Source: the human T2T-CHM13v2.0 reference genome, Homo sapiens
Assembly (NCBI RefSeq): GCF_009914755.1
Contig: NC_060932.1
Reading direction: 5' to 3' (one strand)
DNA length: 64,000 nucleotides
Of the stretch, positions 17,976 to 33,544 are shown piece by piece. Each line of letters begins with the position of its first letter. The stretch's first letter is position 1. The position numbers and the translations under genes were made by a program. The notes under the pieces are model-generated. The model was not told where the DNA came from, ran no database searches, and saw only the letters and a list, made by a program, of their open reading frames with translations.

Positions 17976-18009
17976 ATATATACATATATATATATATTTT
18001 TTTTTTTTT
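17942..18009. repeat. Interrupted (TA)n followed by poly-T
   Basis: Direct read. Confidence 0.9.
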
Positions 18010-18983
18010 CAGATAGAAATGTTTACTGAGACTAAGTTGAGCAGCCAATTCATTTGTCTGGCTTAAGGAAGCAATCTCTCATTGGAAATCTCATGACTAT
18101 CCTCAAAAGAATTTATAGAAATGACGTTAGCCTGGCTAGGTTTTCTTTTATTCAACGTCCTGTAATTTGAAACTCAATAGTACTTTGTTATAATTGTAGA
18201 ACTACTATTTTACAGTTAAATTTCATTATAACGATGTCTTCTTTATGAGTTGCTACTATATGTATTAGGATGTAAATGTTTCTGATTTATGCATATTGTT
18301 TAAGTAAATAAATGTATTTGAAGTTGTAAAACAGAAATGCCTTCTTCATGTCCACTCAACTGACAATTAAAATGAGAATATACTGTGAAACCTTCCTCAG
18401 AGTGTTAACTTATCTTACTATATGTGCCAAGGCTGTAAATCCTTCTCATGGTTAAATGGCAAAATTCGAATGTTTTAATTGCCACTGTACTGGGATTCCT
18501 TGAATATGGCATTAAAAAGAAAAAGAGTGTAGTTAAAAAGGCCAGAATTATTTTTTGGACTACGTGCAATTTGGCTTGTTCATGTAGTTACAAAAAACAA
18601 ATGTTTGTCCAACAAAATGCTGAGAATCATGTCTCCTGGGAAACTTATACAAGGTCATAGTTTCATGAGCATTAAAAAAAAATCTTGTAAAGAAAACCAG
18701 CATGAAATATGAGAAAATGAAGAAGCAGTTGGAAAAAAATTGATTTTCTTGGTTGAAACATCTCTTAGGGAAAAAAAAAAGTTCCTGTCTTCCTAAAATA
18801 CTATAATTCATATATAAAACGTATTCACAAAGTACATTATTTTCTTAAAAGATCATTTCCATGAAGTTCCTAACAAGGCAAAAAGTAATATTTAAATTTC
18901 AACAATACTGCAGAGAAAGAAGGAGTTAGACTTGGAACAAATGTGCCTGATGGGTACATAATAAAGAAGGAGGTATACAAGAG

Positions 18984-19287
18984 TTTCTTGTTTAGTTTTT
19001 TCTCTTCAGAGATAGGGTCTTGCTCTGTCATCCAGGCTGGACTGCAGTGGTGTGATCATAGCTTACTGCAACGTCGACCTCTGGGCTCAAGTGATCATCC
19101 TGCCTCAGCTGGCCAAGTAGCTGGAACTATAGGTATGAGTCACCATGCCTAGCTAATTTTTTAATTTTTGTAGAGACAGCGTCTCCTTATGTTGCCCAGG
19201 CTGGTCTCAAACTCCTGTCCTCAAGTGATCCTCCTGCTTTGGCCTCTCAAAGCACTGGGATTAGGGTGTGAGCCGTTGTGCCTGGCC
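18984..19287 (-). mobile_element. AluJ
   Basis: gatcatagcttactgca and ctgggctcaagtgatc; TSD aagagttt. Confidence 0.88.
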
Positions 19288-20162
19288 AAGAGTTTTGTAA
19301 TATTTGTAGAGCATGCAGTATTGGGACCATTTGTTGTGGGGTATATAGGTGGTAAAGATTTTGGAGATAGATAAGCATGTTTGGGACTTCTTTGAAATCT
19401 GAGATCTTGTTTTTTTTTGTTGTTCACTGAATCTCCATGTGCCAAGTGCCTGATACACGGTAGACTTGCAACAAATGTTTGTTGAATGATTTAATGAGTA
19501 AATAAATTAGTTAGATAAGAGGTGTGAAATGACTCCATTGTTCATAACTCACACTTTTCATATAAATCAAACAAAATGATTCTTTTTTATTTATTAAAGC
19601 AAATATTACAAATGAATTGAAAATATTTGCCTTTGATAAAGGGAAAAAGGTAACATCATTTAAGCAGACTCTTACATGTACAGATGCACACAATTGTATA
19701 TCCATTGCACACAATTGCCTACACAGAAACATCCTTGGCCGGTCTGTTAAAATGCATGTGTTAGATTGTACACTTCCTCTCCTCAAAGCACTCCAAGTGT
19801 CCCATGACATTCAGAGCAGGAGCCAAAGATTCTCCAAAGCCTAATGTCGCTGCAGCTGGCTCATCTCGTGGCCTTAACTCCTCCAGACTTCATCTACCTC
19901 CCTCTGCTCCAGACACACCTGCATCCCCAGCTTCCATCTCAAGCATCTCCTGCAAGCTATTCGGGAAGACTCTACAGCTCCTTCACCCCCATCTGGAAAA
20001 CTGGCTCTCTCCCTTATCTCTTTCAGTCTTTTCTCCAAAATCACCTTCTCAGTGAATTCTTCTCTGGCCACCCTGTGCCTAAAATTAGTTTTTCTCTTTT
20101 CAACAGTTGTCATTTCACTTAATAGTTGTCATTTCAGTCAAGTTGCATCTTATAAAAATTCG

Positions 20163-20345
20163 AGGATAGGCAAGGTGTCTCATGCCTGTAATCCCAGCAC
20201 TTTGAGAGGCCAAGGCTGGAGGAGCACTTGAACCCAGAGATTGAAGTCTGCAATGAGCTATGACCATGCCACTGCACTCTGGCCTGGGCAACAGCAGAGT
20301 AAGACCCTACGTCTCAAAAAATAAATAAATACAAGAAAAATAAAT
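20163..20345 (+). mobile_element. Alu monomer (FRAM/FAM-like)
   Basis: Single ~155-bp monomer plus A-rich tail. Confidence 0.8.
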
Positions 20346-20881
20346 ACAAATATGGAACTGAAACAATGTAGATAACAAAGTTCAGTCTGAAAGCCCCAAA
20401 TTTGTGTTAATTTTGTTGATTCATTCATTTGTTCATTTGCTAATTCAACAAGTGTTGTCTTCCAAAGAGTGTTCTAAAGAATTAAAAAGCTTTGTGTCAA
20501 AGGGGAAAAGCATCATTTCTTTTCGAGATTTGCAGCAGAGTTTCCCGTAACAGCAAAATCTTAGATTAGGGCTTCTTACTCTGGGGTCCATGGATCCCTA
20601 ATAACTTCAGTTTAGTTTCTAAACATTTTGGCCTTTGCATCTATAGATGGTTACTGAATGTTGCATTGCTGTACGATTTCTCTGTATTCTGCCCTTTTTC
20701 TTCTCAATTATTTTTGCTTTCACAATCAGCATCACAGAGTGTTGGATACCAGCCAATAGTTTCATATGTGAAAGTTTTTTTGCCTTGCCTATATTGCCCT
20801 TGAAAGCAGGAATTATGTGCTACATTTCTTTCTTGTGGGAGTTGACAGGTAGTAGATCTCCAATAACATACTTCTACTTCC

Positions 20882-21190
20882 TTTTTTATTTTTTTTTTTA
20901 TTTTTATTTTTTGAGACAGCATCTCACTCTGTCACCCAGAGTGGAGCGCAGGGCTGGATCCCAGCTCCCTGCAACTCCTGCCTCCCAGGCTCAAGCAATT
21001 CTCCTGCCTCAGCTTCCTGAGTAGCTGGGATTATAGGCTTGCTCCACTATGCCTGGGTAATTTGTGTATTTTTAGTAGAGATGGGGTTTCACCATGTGGG
21101 CCAGGCTGGTTTTGAACTCCTGACTTCAAATGATCCACCTGCCTCAGCTTCCCAAAGTGCTGGGATTACAGGCATGAGCCACCGTGCCCC
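20882..21190 (-). mobile_element. AluS
   Basis: Antisense full dimer. Confidence 0.9.
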
Positions 21191-21832
21191 CCTCGATAAT
21201 ATACTGCTTTGCAGGGCCTTTGGTTTGAATGCTGAGATCAGCTCCAAAGACAAATTCTACTACCATTGACTGAGCTGTGATTATAGTACTCTTTCCAGGT
21301 GCTGACAAAGACTGGTGCAGCTGTATATCAAGCTGGAGAAAATCAATTAAATCGGCAGGGTTATCAATGTGGTCAAATGGTGCCCTCTTATTTTGTAGTT
21401 GTCATCACTGGAAACGTCCAGTTGTAGAACACAACCTTCATTACCACTTAGATAATCTGTATTACATTGACAAATTGGATTTAAAAATCTTTGTTTTTGA
21501 TTCAATTCTATTTCCCTGGGTCGGCCTTTTGGTTGCACTTAGTATTTTTCTCAAATGTGTCTGTCTTTGTCAGAATATTGCGAACTTTCCCTAAATCTAG
21601 CCCTATACCGTGCTCACAATGAGTGTTTGACAAATGTCTACTGAATGGAAGAATGAAGACAAATTATTTTAAAAGCCACTGTCTATTTTGTTGAATTATA
21701 TAAAATATGATTCTGTTTAGTAAATGTTACTATATAGTATAAAATATGCTCCTGTCATGCTATGTTATATTATTGGTAATGCCTGGAAAATTCTTAGAAA
21801 CAAAATCAAAAGAGATAAAGTTAGATGATGTT

Positions 21833-22173
<341 letters not shown>

Positions 22174-25100
22174 TCAGGTGGTTTAGTTCAATGATGCAAT
22201 TTAGCAGCCCTGATTCCCGATGATCCCTGCCCCACCAAGGTAGCATCAAATTTTTGCTTGCGTAGAAGGAAGAAAAACATGAATTTCTTAAACCTTTACT
22301 TTTTGCCTCTGTATTATGGTAGTGTGGGAATAGCTGAAAAGAGAAGTTATTTATCATTGATCCAAATTCCTGTCATTTATTATCTTTTTTGAAATACTTT
22401 ATTAAAGTATAGAATAGGTTCAAGAAGGACCAACACAGACCACGAAGTTGGACAGTAAAGTAATAATTGAAAAACTGAGAGTATGTGAAAATTAAAGGCT
22501 CTCAGTGCTAGAATCTAAAGCAATCAGTACGGAATCCATTTTATAAAAGAAAGTAGAAAGAGTCTAGACACTATAGAACACAATGTTTAAGTCATACATG
22601 AACTTTAACAGACAAATTATCTGAGATAAAAATTTTTAATTCTAGCCAAAATTTGAGTGTTATGTTTATTACCATTAGTTGTGTAACTTTGATGGAGCAA
22701 TTTTGGCAAGATCCATAATTTTAGAGTTGGAAGAAACTTTAACCTTGCTCCATAAATAAGAGCACAAAAAATGAGGTGACTTTCCCAGAATTAAACTGAG
22801 TAAGAATTAGAGCACAGAATTCTTAACTCCCAGCCCATTGATATTTCTACTAATTGAAGTTTTGATTTTTTTGGAGCCTTGGTAAGATACAGTCAGCAAA
22901 ATGTTCTAACATAGAGTGAGCTCATTAAGTAATTCCCTTGTTATTTGAAATGCTAAGTTGGCATTTGAAAAAACTCCAAAATAATACTTTGCTCTCTGTT
23001 ACCACAGAGATCACACTGTGCAATGTCTAAAAACAGTCATCTGATAGTAAGTCACTACTACAATTATGAAATCACAAATGTTGCTGTCACTTCGTATGTC
23101 AGTAGGTGAAAATACTTCAAATAACCTTTTGAAATAAGGGCTAAATCCATAATTATGATTTCTTTCCCTCAAAGCAGATTTGGGGACACTGTCACTACTG
23201 TCCTACCTCCATATGTGTAATATAAAATAATCTAAAAAACCAAGCCCACAGTCTTTCTTCATTTGGAAAAAAAAAAAAGATGCGCTTATGACTATTGTTA
23301 AAAATCTTAAAAAGTTTACTTACTCTTGATTTGGAAATTAGTTATGCACAATAGCATATGAAAGATAAATCCTCATGTGATATAAACAGCATTTTTTGTA
23401 GATTAAAGTCCAACTCACTAACCAGCTAAAAATTTTGATTCAATTCTATGACCACACATCAATCTATTTCTTGCATCCAGCTAATGAATAATATTTAATA
23501 ATGAAATATGATTTTTAAATAACCTAATGAACCATAGTTTGATTTTCTAAAAGCAGCACTTCTAAAAATTCTCTTGAACTTTTAGAGAACTGCTAAAAAT
23601 TAGTTCTCTTGAAAGTTCCTTTTTTTCTTAATCTCTAGAGAATTTCTAAGCTCTGTGAAGTTCTGTGTTTTTCTGATTTCTTCCTTTCCCTCCCCCTCTT
23701 TCATTCTGTGTCTTTTTTCTCTTTCTCTGGGACAGGAAGTGGAGGGTGTTGACCTTCTCTGGATCTATCCCAATGTCAGAAGGTGGTCTTTTCAAAAAGA
23801 TTCCAAGCCATGGCTTTCTTCCTGATTTTATTTTTCAGATAATTGTGTCAATAAATAAGTTGTGAAAGAAAGGTTTTTTCCCTCTCCTTCCTCGTAGCTG
23901 TATAATGACCAAGTAACTCTTTTGAGCATAATTACCAGGCTTTTCAGTTTTTCTCTTAGAGAAATAAGTATTGTCTCTCTGTTCATTGGAACTGCGCTGT
24001 GTTCCAATGGGGGCAGGGGCTGGGAGTGCACAGTGGTGAGCCCTGGGCCCCAGGACCCCCAGTTCTGCCACTCCAGCATGGTCTATGCTAATTCTCTGGC
24101 CAACTTCTCCCGCACAGCCAAGTTCCAGAAGGGCTGCTGTTATGATTTCCCTTTCCCATCCGGTCTAAATAGTGACCCCTTTGATTTTTAGAAAAAAAAG
24201 GAAATGTTATGGAAAAACTGCTTCCTGTGAATAAGCATAATAAAACTTGAAGAATACAAATGCCACATAACACACGCTATAAAAAGGTTTCTGTGCACAA
24301 CTCTTTTTATAATTTTATGAGTAGGAGGGTGGCCTGGTGACACGCCCTCATCTCGCCCAATATCGCTTTGTGTGTATTGTGCCGGGAAGGACCTCCTGGT
24401 TCTTCTCTGCCTGTGTCTGAAGCTACCCACCCTTCAGTTCAATTGAATTATTTCATCTTGCCCCCTCTGAAACTTCCCCAAGTGATTCTGCTCACTGCTG
24501 CAGGACTGGCATCTAAGGCAGTGTTAGGAACTCAATAAAGCTCTCGATCAAGAATGGTTGAGCACATAAGCACATGAATCCTTACCTGATATGTCTTATC
24601 CTGATGTGTATTGTCTGTATCATTTGGGGGATTCTAAAATACACTGCTTGTCCTCATTGGAAAAGGCCCATCTCTCTGATTGCCTCACAGCATTTAAAAG
24701 ACTATGTTTCTCCTCTGCATACAAATTTTCATCTCCCATGGCTCCTTGCAAAATGTCTTCCTTTTTTATAACAGCTCCATGAACATTGACTGTCTTACTA
24801 AAAGACTTCTGTACAGATTCACCGTAAGCTCACTGCACGTGTTCTGGGCGTTCATTCATTCAGTCATCATAAAAGATATTTAGACCTGATTGTGTGTGGG
24901 CTTTGCAAAGGCAAATAAAAATCCATCTCCATCCTGGAATATCTCCTAGGGTAGGATCAAAGTAAGGAAGCATTTACAGTCCAAGGCAACAAGTGTCACC
25001 CTAAAGGGTATGAGAGTGAAGCTGTGGTAGTAGAGGGTTCCAGGAAAGGACAAGAGAAAAGACAAGGAGATACTCTGGGGGGAAATGATGGTGTGGATCA

Positions 25101-25367
25101 AAATAAAGGGACGCAGATAGACACTTCTGCTGATCTTTCCTGATGGCAGACTCCTGCCTTTGCAAGGGTAAAAGGAGTTACTACACATGTGGGGCTTACG
25201 TCTGATATTACAGCCAGGCATTCTTAGGAATCGCAGTGCATGCAATAAGCGCCTGTGCTCTGTGCGTTGATTCTGGAAACAGTTTTCTTTCCTCTATGGA
25301 GTTACAGTGGCTTATTTCACAGTGTGAGGGGAAAAACAGGGTCCTGTGCGTGTAAAAATATATGTAG

Positions 25368-25661
25368 GGCTGGGTGCCAAGGCTCATCCCTGTAATCCCA
25401 GCGTTTTGGGAGGCCAAGGCAGGAGGTTCACTTGAGCCCAGGAATTTGAGATGAGCCTGGGCAACAGAGCAAGACCCTGTCTTTACAAAGAAATAAATTA
25501 GCTGGGCATGGTGGTGCACATCTGTGGTCCCAGTTACTCTAGAGGCTGAGGCAAAAGGTTTGCTTGAGCCCAGGAGTTCAAGGCTGCAGTGAGCTATGAT
25601 GGTGCGAGTGCACCCCAGCCTGGCGGACAGAGCAAGAGCCTGTCTCAACAGCAATGACAGC
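25368..25661 (+). mobile_element. AluJ
   Basis: TSD aaaatatatgtag / aaaatatgtgtag. Confidence 0.88.
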
Positions 25662-26817
25662 AAAATATGTGTAGGAATAACATGATAATGAGGGAAGCTA
25701 CCATGCCAGGGTATTTGTATCCCATACCAATGTGTCTTATGGAGATTTCTCCATTTCTTTACGTGAAAATTTGGTATTTCAATCCACACAATATGTCTGA
25801 ACATTTACAAACATGTACAGGAGCTTCCCTCCACCCCTTTATAAACATTAATGTATTTGCCTCTCCCTGCCTGACCCCTTCTGTCCTTGCCCTGCCAAGG
25901 GCAGGCCTCTGCCTTTAGGTGATAAACACTGTGGAGTCTATCAACTTCCATCAGACAAGATTTTTGTTGAGTTTATCTTCTGTAGTTTTTAATAATGATG
26001 ATGATAGTTTTTGTCCTTTTCTGAGATATAAAATTATTATTGGTTTATTTATTTATTATTGGTTTATTATTATTTATTATTAGTTTCAAATTATGCTTGG
26101 TCCCAGGCCATGCCCATCCTCTCCGCAAAGTGTTCCATTCCCTCTGTCTTTTCTACAGGATAGGGAACAGATTCAATGACTTACCCACCCAGGATCTCAC
26201 AGCTAAGTAGTGGCAGAGGGAGCCTCATTTCTCCTCTCTGATGCCGATGCTCTTCGTTACCCCGTACTATCTTCCTCATTGATAATTAAGTTAATACACA
26301 CAGTATTTGAGGATGCAGCCTGTGACAAGCTGTGTGATGCTTCTGTGGATCTACCAGCAACAATATTAGTGAGGTATTTATCTCTGGTCATATCTTGCTC
26401 CTCTCACCTTAGCAGTAGTGGAGAGAAAGCCCCGTTTTACGATCTTTCTTCTTGTTCCTCTCTGTTCCATCTTTGTATTACAAATGGGATGGGCACATTA
26501 TAGGAATAGTAGGGGCAGAATGAGACTTCCTGTTGCTCACCTCCAGCCTTTTTCTAGGAGGACACAGAATTACCACTGCAAGGCCAGACGCCTCATGGTT
26601 CACCAAATATATTTTCAACTTATTTTGTACAAATTCTATCCAAACTCATTCAAGAAAATTTTTATTGAAAATTTACCAATTTTTTATTTGTCATTTTATC
26701 CTGTAGTGTCTAATAACATATGCCATATGACCCAAGGATGTCTGAAAACCCCTAAATCCACCTGGGAACTTTTCTTTTGTAACTTGGCTGACAATGTATC
26801 CTGAACAAGAGGAATAA

Positions 26818-27141
<324 letters not shown>

Positions 27142-29182
27142 TACTATTCTTATTCTTGGTAAATTGTTCTTATTGCAGATATGTCTGTTCTTTATATCTA
27201 AGTTAAACAGCTTTTGGAAAACAGAAGACATTTACCAGATTGGAATCAAGGTAACTACAAGGTAGTGAAGAGCTCACTCTCTTCCAGCAGTGTTTAAAAA
27301 AGAACGTTGAACGCATAGTGTATCAGTTGCTATAGCTACCCCTATGGTTTTATTGTTGCTTATGATGATGCATAGGTATCATTAGCACAAAGAATAAAAA
27401 TAAATCAGAAGTAACTGGCCTTAAAACTTTGGAATCACAGGCAACATGCATCTGGCAATTTCAAACTGAAATATATTGACTATCCAACATAGCCTCTTAC
27501 ATAGTCTTAAAAAACAAACAAACAAAAAACAAGCAAAGGTAGTTTATGAGCTGGTTTTATTTATTTATTTATTTTATTTTTTTATCTGGTTGCCGGCATT
27601 TAGGGAACTACACAACAGACTTACCTATCATAGTAACTAGGTGTGACTGAATATCTGTCAGATTTGCAGTTCTTGTGGGAATATGATTACTGAAATTTGT
27701 ATCTCGATCATGATCAAGTGTTTCAGATTCTATTAGCTGCAAAGGAGAATAATACTTGGGTGATTGTAACCTCTTTGCTGTAAGGTAACAGAGATTAATC
27801 ATTGAAAGAGAATATTTTAAAAATAAGACCTGTTAGGACATGGGGTACTTTCTTCAGGTCTGATTTAAGGAATAAATATACCTAAAAGTCTGATACATAT
27901 TCAGACTAACAGAATATTTCCTACGGTGTTTTTCCCATTGATTTCTTATGGATGTTTGTTCATGAAAAGGCTTTACTTGTGTTTACCTTTGAAATAGGCC
28001 TGTTGAATGTAGTGAATTTGGTAAAGATTTCTCATAAAATAGACACAAGAATTCTTTTGTGCTTGGTTTGCTCCAAATTGGGGCTAGTCACTTCTGGTCA
28101 TGGGGAAAGGACATTGTTCTAATAGCCACTCATAGTTATTATTTTTGGCTTATTATTCTCTGATGAGGAAACAGGAACCTGACTTTTTGCCGGATTCCCA
28201 GGACCTATGTCTTTAAAGACTGGGATTATCATCCTTCCCTAGAGAGTTTCTGTTAGGGAAAGAGGACCATCTGGGGAGAGAGTAGAAGTTCTTTTCAAGG
28301 GGACACGAAAGAGCTCAGAAAGAGCCAGAAGGAAAAATGGAGCTAACCTATTTCCTTGTCTGTAGCCCCAGGGATGAAATAAGTGAAGGAGATAAACTGA
28401 AATAAAAAGAAGAGAGAAAAAGATGAAATTTGAGCACAGTGAAAAGTTTTCCCAGAGTTAGGAAAGACTCAAGATATAGGCAAAATGCAAGAAAAAAATT
28501 GCAGGGCACATTGATGTGGGCTGAGGCCGGGGGAAACCAGCAGGGTTGTTGTTGGATTTCTTGGAGGACACAGAGAAACAAAGCTTCTTAAAACCCTGGG
28601 CTTTTTAGGCAGATGGATCTTTGTCTTCTTAATCTGGAGGGCTAGATGTGTGGTGAAGAAGGCCAAGTGCCCAGGGTCAGAGGTAATTGAGATTTACACA
28701 AAAGCAACAGTAGCTACTCTTTATTTCTTTCACTGACGGAATGCATTCATGTATCCTCTTGACCATGTGTTAGTTAGAATTATAAGTCATTATCCTTGCC
28801 TTTGAGCATTTGCAATCTAATTAGGAAACATAAATCTCAAAAATAACAATTTAAAGAACAGCAATAAAAAACTGCCTAAATCTTTATGGTTAAACGCAAT
28901 CACATTTGTTATCACATTAAATGTTTCTCTTTTTTGCCTTTTAATACATCAGTTGATACATGAAACATATGTCCCATATATGTAAATTATAACCCATAAT
29001 ATTACAATGATCCCCTGTGAATCCACCCCCCGCCACCATGGCAATGGAAAATTACCAATGACTTCCATTTACCTTTGTGCTCCTCTCCTCTCCTGTCCCC
29101 ACCTCCCTCAATGGAATAACCCTCCACTAATTTTTTTGGTTTTGTTTTTTATTACTTGCTTTTTTTAAAAATATAGAATTTT

Positions 29183-29186
<4 letters not shown>

Positions 29187-29223
<37 letters not shown>
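29187..29223. repeat. (TA)~18 microsatellite
   Basis: Direct read. Confidence 0.92.
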
Positions 29224-29227
<4 letters not shown>

Positions 29228-29355
29228 GCTTAAATAAGGTTTTAGTTAGTGCTGTTTTACAGCTATATAAATGTATAATACTTGGAAACTCACCCCATTA
29301 CTGCCAGCAACATTACCACCACTACTACTACTATTTATATCAATATTATTTAAAA

Positions 29356-29463
29356 ACAGGGACTCACTATGTTGCTCAGGCTGTTAGTAATCTCCTGGGC
29401 TGATCTTCCCACCTCAGCCTCCTGAGTAGCTTGAACTACAGGTGCATGCCACCATGCATAGCT
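29356..29463 (-). mobile_element. FLAM/Alu monomer fragment
   Basis: ctcactatgttgctcaggctg...cctcagcctcctgagtagc. Confidence 0.7.
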
Positions 29464-30264
29464 CCCTGCAATGTTACTTTACAAAATTCTAGTGTTGTAG
29501 GTTGAATAAGTTAAGTGAGTTCATATCTGTATGATATGCCATTGTATTGATATGCTACAAAGTATTTGTCCATTCTGTTGTCCGTGGTCTTTTGGATTAT
29601 TTCTAGTATTTAATTATTATGAGCAGTAATGCAATTAATATTCTTGTCCACCTTTCCTGGAGAACAAAATCGAGTGTTTCTAGGACACACTTCTAGGAGT
29701 GAAGTTCCTAATTTTTGGAGTATGTGAATGGTTACATTTAAGAGATAATGCCAAATTCTTTTCCTAATATTATTGTATCAGTTATATTGATACCTAGAAT
29801 GTATAGGGAGTTCCTGTTGATCCTGACTCTGGCACTTGGTGTATTTGACATTTTAATTGTGCCAATCTAGAGAGAGTGAAATGGTACGTCACTATGACTT
29901 TAATTTGCATTTCTCTGATTTCAAGAGTTTGATATTCTTTTTATTTATTTATTGTCAATATGGGTTTCCTGTTCTATAAAATATCCATTTTTTTGCCCGT
30001 TCTTCTTCTGGGTTATTTGTATTTTTTTATTGTTTTAAAGGACATTCTCATTAGTATTTGAATACTATTCTTTGTTTCTAAATGTTGCTAATTTCTACTC
30101 TCATTTTATTTTAAAAAATTATTTCCTTATACTGTGTTTCTCTAAATAGATTTTCTAAATTTTAAGATATTCAAATATATCCATCTTTTCTAAGAAATAA
30201 CTTTTTAGTATTCTTTCTATGTTATTTATGAACTCCTTACCATATGCCCCTCCAATGCCTCTCA

Positions 30265-31148
30265 TTGGTTCTGTGAGAACCAATGTCCTGGTTCTCATAC
30301 CAGAACCAGGGTTAGTTAGAATCAGGACTTTGTCACCCTTGACACAGTTTCCACTTTCTACAACCTTCCATTTCCTCAAGGTGATCAATCCAGATACCTG
30401 CCTTTATACAGATTATACAACCACCTCCTGGTGACCTCCTCCCTAGGGGGCAGCTAGATGCAACCTACTTGACTCACCCCACTGATGTCCTCACTGGGCA
30501 TAGACGGGGCAGATATACTGCAACGACAAGCACACAGCCACAATGTGACTCCACAGAGCTCACACCTGCTTGTTCTAAACCTACCAGTTAGAACCCCCAT
30601 GGGAATCCTGCTTAGGTAACACCCCGGGCCCCAATAAAGGCCATCATCCACAGGTCACTTCCTCTCTCTCTTGCTACCTACCTGCTCGCTGAGCCTGCGT
30701 GTTCTGGACGCAATACCCCCACTTCCTGTTGGCCCTGCGAGGGTGCTGCCCTCTTTCTCTGTGATCTGTGAGTAATAAAACACTTCTGTTGTTTCATGTG
30801 TTTTATTGAGTTGCCTCCTCTGTGTCTCACTTGACACACTCTAACCTAACTCTCCTCCTAGCCAGAGCTCTCCTACAGAGTCGCTATCTTGGTAGAAATA
30901 AAGAGAACACACGTTAGACAAGAGCCAGAAGAATATCTGCCAGTATCAACATTTCCTGTGGGAGAGATACCTGGTCACAGGTCAGATACTTAGATACTAG
31001 GCCGTCTACCTAATGAAGTATCCCATGGAGGCACATTGTAAACATCCACAACCATCTTCCCTGGAGCCCCATCAGAGCAGGGCTAGAGTTTCTTGCCACT
31101 GTACTAAGAGAAACTACGACACAAAATTAGAGGTAAAAAAGATATCTC
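30265..31148 (+). mobile_element. ERVL-class solo LTR (MER54/MER74-like)
   Basis: GC shift; aataaa followed by a GT-rich U5-like stretch; ccctggagccccatcag and aaattagagg 3' end; family name is from memory. Confidence 0.55.
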
Positions 31149-31911
31149 TTTCCTCACTGATCTTCCTGGATACCTTTATCATACACCAAAGTTCTATGTA
31201 CATTAGATTTTTTCAGGCTTTATTTTTTAATCATTAAAAACTCAAACTTGCTGGAAATTAGAGAAATGCAAATTAAAGTCATAATGAGGTACCGTTTTAC
31301 ACCCTGTAGACTGGCAATAACTGAAAAGTCTAATACATCAAATGTCAGAGTCAGTTAACAGCGGTTGTCTACTATTTCACAAAAAAAAAACCCTCCACAT
31401 TATTGACTCTATATGTGAGTATGATATATCCCTCTACTTATTTTAGATCTTCTTTAATATGTTTCACTCATGTTTCATTGATTTCCTACACCAATGAATA
31501 ACATGCAAATGTACAACACATAAAGATTTACTCCTTTGTAACTTACAGTTCCTGTTGTTTTTGAAAATGACAATCTTAAAAATGTACATTTTCTAAACTT
31601 TCACAGGTTTGCTAAATCCTTTTCTTATTTCCAAATAATTGCCTGATTATTCTTAGAGGGCTTACCTAGTAGACAATCAGCTTCAAAAATTTGATTTTTC
31701 ACCTGCCCCGTTGGAATGTAGTTCCACTTCAAGTTGAAGAGAGACAATGATAGTATGTTCCCATTTGGAATGCTATTTGTTAGAGTTTTCTCTTCTTCCC
31801 CTCCCCTCCTCTCCCCTCCCCTCTCCTTTTTCTGTAGCTATCAATTTGTTAGGTTAAGGTAGTTCTAGTCTCTTCTTATATTCCTTTTTTTTTTTCTTTT
31901 TAATGGATGTT

Positions 31912-32179
<268 letters not shown>

Positions 32180-32734
32180 CAATAGATGTCAACTTTTTCC
32201 AAATACTTTTTCTGCATCTCTTCATATGATCATAAATTTTTTTCTCCTTTCATCTGTTAATAAGTATTATACAAATTTTAAAATAACATATATAGATTTT
32301 TCTAATAGTAAAATGCCCATTCCATTTATTCCTGGGATAAACCCAATTTGGTTAAGGTGTTTAAGTGGTTTGATGCAGCTGAATCTGTTTAATATTTTGT
32401 TTAAGTTTTGTTTTTTGCACCTATGTTTATGACTGACATTCGTTCTTTTCTTTCTCTAGAAGAGTTTACAAGAAATCGAAAGAATCTGTTTCTTCAAAGA
32501 TGGTTAAAATTCACTTGTAAAATCATCTGGACTTGGCATTTTATTTATAGAAGAATTTTAAACACTTTCGGAAAAAGTGTTGGAAAATTATAATTTTCCT
32601 CAATTCCATTTAGCTAAGTAATACTTTTCCAGTAATTTGTCCATTTCATTTAAATTTTCAAATTTATTAACTTAAACATTTACATCGTATTCTCTTATCT
32701 TCTTAAACTTTACTTCATCGGTAATAATAGTTCT

Positions 32735-33113
32735 TTTTTCCTTTCTTTTCTCTCTCTTTCCCCTCCCCTCCATTCCCCTCCCCTCCCCTCCCCTCCCCTC
32801 CCCTCCCCTCTCCTTTTCTGTCTTGCTCTGAGGCCCAGGCTGGAGTCTGGTATTATGATCCCAGGCCGGAGTATGGTGGTGGGATCATAGGTCACTGTGG
32901 CCTTGAACACCTGGTCTCTAACAATCCACCACCTCCCAGATAGCTAGGACTACAGATGTGCACCACCGTGCTTGCCTAATTTAACAAATTTTTTGCAGAG
33001 ATGGGGTATTACTATGTTGCCCAGGCTGGTCTTAAATCCCTGGCTTCAAGCACTCCTCCCACCTCAGCCTCCCGAAGTGCTAGGGTTACAGAGGTGCATC
33101 AGCATGTCAGGCT
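32735..33113 (-). mobile_element. AluJ whose tail has become (GGGGA)n
   Basis: (CCCCT)7 at 32775-32809 adjacent to a diverged antisense Alu. Confidence 0.8.
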
Positions 33114-33229
33114 GCCACTTTTTATTTCTAATATTATTTGTTTCTTCTTTCTTACCTTGATGGAGGTTGACATATTCATTTATCTGTAGAGTTTTCAAAT
33201 CAAAGGATTGGCTTTTTAGTTGTTGTTGA

Positions 33230-33544
<315 letters not shown>

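Noticed and set aside
24578-24600. Minus-strand CAG|GTAAG as a recursive splice site
   Set aside because: No polypyrimidine tract upstream of the AG
25208-25804. 198-aa minus-strand ORF
   Set aside because: Mostly antisense AluJ translation; no splice or homology support
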